In this document: in pieces, positions 58,716-64,000 of the stretch
How the letters are laid out: each line of letters opens with the position of its first letter
How positions within the stretch are numbered: the stretch's first letter is position 1
Notes under the pieces: generated by a model
The model's input: the letters and a program-made list of their open reading frames with translations, nothing else
The model's database searches: none
What the model was told of the DNA's origin: nothing
Origin: Bacillota bacterium
GTDB lineage: Bacteria; Bacillota; Sulfobacillia; Fermentithermobacillales; Fermentithermobacillaceae
Direction of reading: 5' to 3'
DNA: 64,000 nt
Assembly (NCBI GenBank): GCA_050260675.1
Contig: JBLNCN010000012.1
Span: forward strand, 6,104 to 70,103
Program-made: the position numbers and the translations under genes

Positions 58716-59516
58716 ATGGATACACGGGACTTCTCTACGCTCGAGACTGTTCTTGTAGAGTCAAATCAGGATGCGGTGGTATTGACCATCCATCGTCCGT
58801 CTGTCCTTAACTCGCTGAACGGGACGGCACTGAAGGAGATAGCGACGGTACTGGACGCCGTCGAGGCGGACGACTCCGTCCCTGCCCTGATCATCACCGG
58901 GCAGGGGCCCAAAGCCTTCATTGGTGGAGCAGACATCGCGGCCATGGAGCCGATGAACCCCCTGGAGGCCTCCGAGTTCTCCGCGTTTGGCCAGGCAGTG
59001 TTCTCAAGGATCGCGGCTCTACCCATCGTCGTTATTGCCGCGGTGAATGGGTACGCGCTGGGCGGTGGAAACGAACTCGCCATGGCCTGTGACTTCCGTG
59101 TCGCCGCCAGGAACGCGCGGTTCGGGCAGCCCGAGGTTGGACTCGGTATCACGCCGGGCTTCGGGGGCACTCAGAGGCTCGCCAGGTTGGTCGGGCTCGC
59201 CAGGGCGCTCGACCTCACCCTTACCGGGCGCATCATCGACGCCGAGGAAGCCTTCAGGATAGGGCTTGTAGACCGGTTGGTGCCCGAAGGCGAGGCCCTC
59301 CCGGTGGCCATGGCAATCGCTAAGGAGGTCGGCAAGAAGTCACCCTTCGCCGTACGCCAGATCAAAAAAGCCGTTTCGCTGGGGCTGGATCTGCCGGCAC
59401 AGGACGGCCTTCTCCTTGAAAGGCGCCTGTTTGGCGAGTGCTTCTCCCATGCCGACCAGAAGGAAGGCATGAGGGCGTTCCTCGAGAAGAGGCCGCCCTC
59501 TTACACGCGCCGGTAG
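58716..59516 (+). CDS. enoyl-CoA hydratase/isomerase (crotonase) family protein
   Basis: 'AFIGGADIAAM', 'AAVNGYALGGGNELAMACDFRVAA', 'GQPEVGLGITPGFGGTQRL'. ATG 58716 follows GGGAGAG. Confidence 0.8.
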   Translation: MDTRDFSTLETVLVESNQDAVVLTIHRPSVLNSLNGTALKEIATVLDAVEADDSVPALIITGQGPKAFIGGADIAAMEPMNPLEASEFSAFGQAVFSRIAALPIVVIAAVNGYALGGGNELAMACDFRVAARNARFGQPEVGLGITPGFGGTQRLARLVGLARALDLTLTGRIIDAEEAFRIGLVDRLVPEGEALPVAMAIAKEVGKKSPFAVRQIKKAVSLGLDLPAQDGLLLERRLFGECFSHADQKEGMRAFLEKRPPSYTRR

Positions 59517-59529
59517 CGCCTGCCTGTCC

Positions 59530-59859
59530 TCAGCCCTGAGCGGCCCTCTCCAGCGTGACGGCGGTACCGCTGGATATGACAAGCATCATACCGTTCTGCA
59601 GTATCTCGTGGTCGATCTTGACCCCGATCACGGCGTTGGCCCCTAATCTGGCCGCGCGGTCTCCCATTTCCCGGAGGCACGCGGCTCGCGCTTCGCCCAG
59701 CTTCTCCTCATAGGCGGAAGTCCTGGCGCCGAAAAAGTCGGCCAGTCCGGCCATGAAGTCTCTCACGAAATCGGTCCCCAACGCTACTTCGCCTGCCACA
59801 ATGCCGAGGTATCCGCTGACCTTGAACCCGTCAACCGCCGGTGTCGTGGTGATGATCAT
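59530..59859 (-). CDS. YbjQ/UPF0145 family protein
   Basis: 109 aa, 'MIITTTPAVDGFKVSGYLGIVAGE...' is the canonical UPF0145 N-terminus. Confidence 0.7.
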   Translation of the reverse strand: MIITTTPAVDGFKVSGYLGIVAGEVALGTDFVRDFMAGLADFFGARTSAYEEKLGEARAACLREMGDRAARLGANAVIGVKIDHEILQNGMMLVISSGTAVTLERAAQG

Positions 59860-59903
59860 GAGTAATCCCCCTCGCGGTTAGTCACACGACGGAATACGAA
59901 CGC

Positions 59904-62645
59904 TTGGGTCTCCCGTCTCATCCTCCTCGGGATTTGGACGATAGAAGAGAAGGGGGGGTTCAATTGGCGCCCAGGAAGACCAGTGAGAAGGCTCCGCCAG
60001 CACCCAAAGAATCAAGAGGCAAGAAAGGATCAGGGTCCGTCATTGGGGCGGTCCTGGGAGTAGCGCTGGTGTTCGGCGCGTTCTTCCTGGGCGCCCAATA
60101 CTTCACTGCCAAGAGGAGCCAGACAGCGACTGTCTGCGCAACCGGCATTACCGAAGAGCATCTCACCGTTTACCGCCTCCCATCAGGCGTCCTCGACAAG
60201 TTCGATCCGGAAGATCTGACATCACCTACAGTCGATATTCCTTTGGCGAAGCAACTGACAATCTTGAATGCGGCCGGCAAGAAGGTGAAGGCCGAGTCCT
60301 TCGCCCTTGATCCGGCGTCACCCAAGGTAGTAGCGATAAAGATCAACCCCCAGGGCGATATTTGGAGAATTGAGGAATTGCCCGGGGGGTTTAGGGTTGA
60401 AGGAAGCGCCCAAGTTAAAGGTAAGCGCGAGATCGTAGTGGATGGAACCAGCTACTTCATCGGAGGGACGGTCGTTTTGTCCGGCGGCGGACTGACCTCC
60501 AACACCGGCGATGACCTGGAAGGGACGGTAGATACAGGCGACATCGTGCAACTGACGGGGCACGGCGACCAGGTCACCGTCCTCGACATACTGCAGAAGG
60601 CAGGCACTGTTGCAGTATCTTCAAATGTCGACGGCGCCAAAGTGTACGTTGACGGCGCCCTGCGCGGCAAGACCCCCTTAGTCTTCACCGCGTCCCCCGG
60701 AGAGAGGCATGTGCTGGTAAAGGCCGAGGGCTATACCGAGAAGAGCTTTCCCGTGCAGGTATCCTCCCTGACCGAAACCAAAGTGGAAGCCGACCTTTCG
60801 GAAGTCACGGGGACGGTCAGTGTAGCAAGCTATCCGCCAGGAGCAACAGTCTATGTATCGGGCGAACCGGTAGGTGTGACCCCCGTCAAGCTCCCCCTCA
60901 AGCCGGGGCCCTATGAGGTCCAGGTTATGCTCCAAGGCTACTACCCCCGCAAGTCTCAAGTCTTGGTGGTACAGGATCTGAACCAGCCACTGTCGTTCAC
61001 ACTGGTTAGAAAGCCTGGAACGCCGGAACCGCCCGCAGGTGGCACTGGAAGCGGGACGGGAAGCGGCACGGGAGGCGGGACGGGAGGCGCGTCGGGTTCC
61101 GGCGATTTCCCATACACCGAGAAGGGCGTGGTGCTGGCCAGGACGGGAGCGTCCCTCTTCCTCGGCGACCGCTGGACTGAGTGCGTTCTCACCGCTGACG
61201 CCGTGGCGATGGATGAGTCGGGATATGTCTCAGTTGGAGCAGTTGAGCCGGGCGACACTGTAACCGTGTATGGCGACTCTTCGTCTGCCGTGAAGCTGGT
61301 GAAGATTGAAAAGGAATTATCCGATAACTGGCCGTTTGAAGGCTTCCTGGTCCGAACGACCGACGGGTACAAGGTGTTTGGGGACAATTCGATCCTTCTC
61401 ATCGACATCCCCGACAGCCTGGTCGTGGTGGACCCGTCCAATCGGAGAAAAGAAGCGGTCGCAAGCGTGCCTTCAGGATCCAGGGTGAAGTTCTACGTCG
61501 ACTCCGGGGGGCAGGCGGTGTGGGCGGAATATGTCTGGAAGGCGGGCGTGTCGGCCGAAGGCACTGTCAGCTCAGTGTCGGGCGCGGTCTTTAGGATCGC
61601 TCCATCCTGGGAGGACCTACACATGTCGACCGCAACGATTGTCTATGTTGATACTCACCGCCGCGAGTCCGACGACGTGAGGATCGGTGACGTAGCCGTT
61701 GCCGCGGGACCCCATTCCCGAGATGTGAGATTCATCTGGGTGACGAACAGGCTCAAGGGGCTCCTCGAAGTTCAGACAGTGGCCCTCTCGACCGGCGCAA
61801 AGGGCACCAAGATGTTGCAGGAGTACGGGGACATCGCTCTCGACGGCCACAATATACAGGCCGGCAACGACGTGGAGTTCTACTACGCGGGTGACAAGGG
61901 CACGGTGTCGGCGTCAGAGCTCCAGTACGGCGATAGGGTGCGCCTGTGGCTCGATAAGGATCGGAGGATCGTGTCGGGCGAAATACTGGTGATGAACGAC
62001 GTGAGGTTTTCCGGGGTCTATCTAGGGGAAGCCGATGGGTTCCACTACTTCAGCGGGTTCAACAAGTACGCCGCCGCGTCGGACCTGATCATAACAGGAT
62101 TGGCAGAAGGCGAGGAACTCACTCCAGGTTCGCGCGTGCTGGTTGCGGGCGACGGAGAAACAATCAACTACATCGAAGTGCAGGCTGAGGTCACTTACGA
62201 TACTACCGTAACGGGGACGGTGCTCATGAACGAGGGCGGGAGCATCGAAATCCGTAAAGGCACCGGGCGCGCGTATTCCTACGAGTATGCCAAGGACGCC
62301 TGGTTCGCGGATTGGGAGCTCTGCCAAGACGGGCCGGTCTCGACCCTGTTCCCGGGCGACAAAGTCACGCTGCGCCTCGGTTACGATACCGACGACGTGG
62401 TCTACGCCGAGCGGACTTACTCTGCTCCGTTTAAGCTCCAAGGCACTGTTGAGGCAATCTCATTCAGCAAGCGTACCATGGTTATCGCGGACAAGAACAC
62501 CAGGAAGACAATCACGATTACCAGCAAGGCGACTCTGGTGAAGGATGGTGGGATCGAGAATCTGTTCGCGTTTGAGGTCGGCGACAAGGTGAAGGTCTCG
62601 GGGCAGGACAAAGCCCACGTGGACATGGTTGTCGCGACAGAATGA
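59904..62645 (+). CDS. large membrane-anchored surface protein with two PEGA domains, (GTGS)n linker and C-terminal beta-rich repeats
   Basis: TM at about aa 45-65. PEGA-like 'AKVYVDGALRGKTPL...PGERHVLVKAEGY' and 'ATVYVSGEPVGVTPV...PGPYEVQVMLQGY'. 'GGTGSGTGSGTGGGTGGASGSG' linker. Start may be TTG 59964 after a GGGGGG run. Confidence 0.6.
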   Translation: MGLPSHPPRDLDDRREGGVQLAPRKTSEKAPPAPKESRGKKGSGSVIGAVLGVALVFGAFFLGAQYFTAKRSQTATVCATGITEEHLTVYRLPSGVLDKFDPEDLTSPTVDIPLAKQLTILNAAGKKVKAESFALDPASPKVVAIKINPQGDIWRIEELPGGFRVEGSAQVKGKREIVVDGTSYFIGGTVVLSGGGLTSNTGDDLEGTVDTGDIVQLTGHGDQVTVLDILQKAGTVAVSSNVDGAKVYVDGALRGKTPLVFTASPGERHVLVKAEGYTEKSFPVQVSSLTETKVEADLSEVTGTVSVASYPPGATVYVSGEPVGVTPVKLPLKPGPYEVQVMLQGYYPRKSQVLVVQDLNQPLSFTLVRKPGTPEPPAGGTGSGTGSGTGGGTGGASGSGDFPYTEKGVVLARTGASLFLGDRWTECVLTADAVAMDESGYVSVGAVEPGDTVTVYGDSSSAVKLVKIEKELSDNWPFEGFLVRTTDGYKVFGDNSILLIDIPDSLVVVDPSNRRKEAVASVPSGSRVKFYVDSGGQAVWAEYVWKAGVSAEGTVSSVSGAVFRIAPSWEDLHMSTATIVYVDTHRRESDDVRIGDVAVAAGPHSRDVRFIWVTNRLKGLLEVQTVALSTGAKGTKMLQEYGDIALDGHNIQAGNDVEFYYAGDKGTVSASELQYGDRVRLWLDKDRRIVSGEILVMNDVRFSGVYLGEADGFHYFSGFNKYAAASDLIITGLAEGEELTPGSRVLVAGDGETINYIEVQAEVTYDTTVTGTVLMNEGGSIEIRKGTGRAYSYEYAKDAWFADWELCQDGPVSTLFPGDKVTLRLGYDTDDVVYAERTYSAPFKLQGTVEAISFSKRTMVIADKNTRKTITITSKATLVKDGGIENLFAFEVGDKVKVSGQDKAHVDMVVATE

Positions 62646-62679
62646 CCGTCGGCGCGGACTGTCGCAGCGGGGGGCCAGA

Positions 62680-63450
62680 CTAGCCGGCCGCCACCTTCCT
62701 CTCACGGATGGCGGCCGGCGCTACTGTCTTCTCCATGAAGTAATTCAGAAAGCCAGCCGATGTCCGCATTGCTCTGGTAAGGAGCACGCGAGTGGCCTCA
62801 TCCATACGGGTCTCCTCCATGCTGGCTACGTCGTCCAGGTAGTGGCAGGAGATCTCGGCGTTGGCGACAGCCCATCCCTCTGGCTTTAGTGAGACCCCGT
62901 ATAGGCCTCCCTCGCTTACTCCATAATCCTGCTTGTGCGCGTCGGCCCACTTTTCGTACTTCTGGTGGCGGCCCAATGCGATCCCGTTGGAGTGGAATGG
63001 CTGGCAGCAGTCCTGCACAATGTGAAGGCAGGCGCCAAGCATAAACAGCGACTTCTCCTCGTTGCCCTTTCTCCACTGGGCCAAGGACTGATTCCACCAG
63101 TTCTTGATCTGGTCCGCTGCGCCCGTCCAAATCCACAGTCCCCGCTTGGTCTTGGGGTTGTAGTGGTGAGTTGCGTTCATCCAGAGGGTGTCGGCCCAGT
63201 AGTTGCCGCGGATGATCGTATCCAGCCACGCGCCGAGGAACGCGGCGGCTTCAACAAAGCCGTCGGAACGTAGAATTTCGACAGCTTTCTCGGTCAGGAA
63301 CCTGTGAGTCCCCCCCTTGGTGTCAAAGAACCTCTGGAAGGGGATGCCCACCCATCTGACCAGCGTCTGGGCCCTTAGGCCTTCGGCTATCCGGTTTCCC
63401 AAAGCACCGACTTTCGAGAGCCGGCTTCTTATCTCGCCCATATTCCCCAT
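62680..63450 (-). CDS. zinc-dependent phospholipase C family protein
   Basis: 'ATHHYNP' and 'HIVQDCCQPFH' match the Zn-PLC (PF00882) metal-ligand blocks. Confidence 0.55.
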   Translation of the reverse strand: MGNMGEIRSRLSKVGALGNRIAEGLRAQTLVRWVGIPFQRFFDTKGGTHRFLTEKAVEILRSDGFVEAAAFLGAWLDTIIRGNYWADTLWMNATHHYNPKTKRGLWIWTGAADQIKNWWNQSLAQWRKGNEEKSLFMLGACLHIVQDCCQPFHSNGIALGRHQKYEKWADAHKQDYGVSEGGLYGVSLKPEGWAVANAEISCHYLDDVASMEETRMDEATRVLLTRAMRTSAGFLNYFMEKTVAPAAIRERKVAAG

Positions 63451-63597
63451 TCTAGCACCGATACTCTCGCGGGGCGATCTGAAATTGCAGCAAGGCTCCT
63501 ATGAGATAAGTGCCAAAGGCTTCGAGACGTTGTATAATTGACCGTTGTGCTCGGGCTATCACACTTGTGACCCGGCTAGAGAGTTGAGTTGATATCC

Positions 63598-64000
63598 ATG
63601 AGTTCGACTACACGCAACGACAAAATAAGGAATATCGCCGTCATCGCTCACGTGGACCACGGCAAGACCACGCTTGTCGATGCTCTTCTTCGCCAGACCG
63701 GCACGTTCAGGCAGAACCAGGTAGTAGAGGAGCGGGTGATGGACTCCAATGAGCTGGAGCGGGAGCGCGGCATCACCATCCTTGCCAAGAACACATCCAT
63801 AAGCTACAAGGGCGTGAAGATCAACATCGTCGATACGCCTGGCCACGCTGATTTCGGCGGCGAGGTCGAGCGCACTTTGAGCATGGTTGACGGGGCGCTG
63901 CTTCTGGTTGACGCATGCGACGGCCCGATGCCCCAGACCAGGTTCGTGGTGCAAAAGGCCCTGGATCACCACCTTAAGCTGGTCCTTGTGGTGAACAAGA
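63598..64000 (+). CDS. typA: translational GTPase TypA/BipA (N-terminal part; continues beyond window)
   Basis: '[22 protein letters not shown]...[14 protein letters not shown]' G1-G3 motifs. Confidence 0.85.
   Translation, partial: MSSTTRNDKIRNIAVIAHVDHGKTTLVDALLRQTGTFRQNQVVEERVMDSNELERERGITILAKNTSISYKGVKINIVDTPGHADFGGEVERTLSMVDGALLLVDACDGPMPQTRFVVQKALDHHLKLVLVVNK

Overview
High-GC (about 60-65% by eye) chromosomal segment, most likely from an anaerobic, Firmicutes-like bacterium. The Firmicutes-like call rests on the yerB(DUF3048)/pcrA-ligA-gatCAB synteny, a SleB-type cell-wall hydrolase, NiaR, and an NADH-type [FeFe]-hydrogenase locus. Gene density is high on both strands. The core block is XPB-like helicase (partial), dppA, pcrA, ligA, gatC-gatA-gatB, murB, rlmD. 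It is followed by a compositionally deviant accessory stretch (about 12.6-17.5 kb) that begins with a strongly AT-rich orphan membrane-protein gene. Next comes a multi-gene [FeFe]-hydrogenase locus, in order: RsbW-like kinase fused to a degenerate hydrogenase-like domain, a DRTGG protein, a NuoE-like HydC, a second GHKL ATPase, a small 2Fe-2S ferredoxin, a NuoF-like HydB fused to a GltD/NfnB-like NAD(P)H-flavin domain, and a catalytic HydA carrying an atypical 'TSCSP' L1 motif. The rest of the window is rich in peptidases and cell-wall genes: two DppA paralogs, two inverted M14 carboxypeptidase paralogs, M20, S41, TldD/PmbA, a SleB-like hydrolase, a polysaccharide deacetylase and DUF3048. It also carries a candidate c-di-AMP (ydaO-type) riboswitch, niaR, an ApbE plus FMN-binding-protein pair, a tungsten-type aldehyde:ferredoxin oxidoreductase, a DAGK-fold kinase next to a divergent class II aldolase-like gene, MATE/DMT/AEC transporters, a large PEGA-domain surface protein, and typA (partial). 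Non-coding observations: two families of short 3'-end repeats that include stop-codon-proximal coding sequence (cassette-like duplications), a 5x tandem 18-nt repeat, several intrinsic terminators, and a MazG-like gene remnant. No rRNA, tRNA, CRISPR array, transposase or integrase was seen. All calls come from reading the sequence and ORF translations by eye; no database search was possible.
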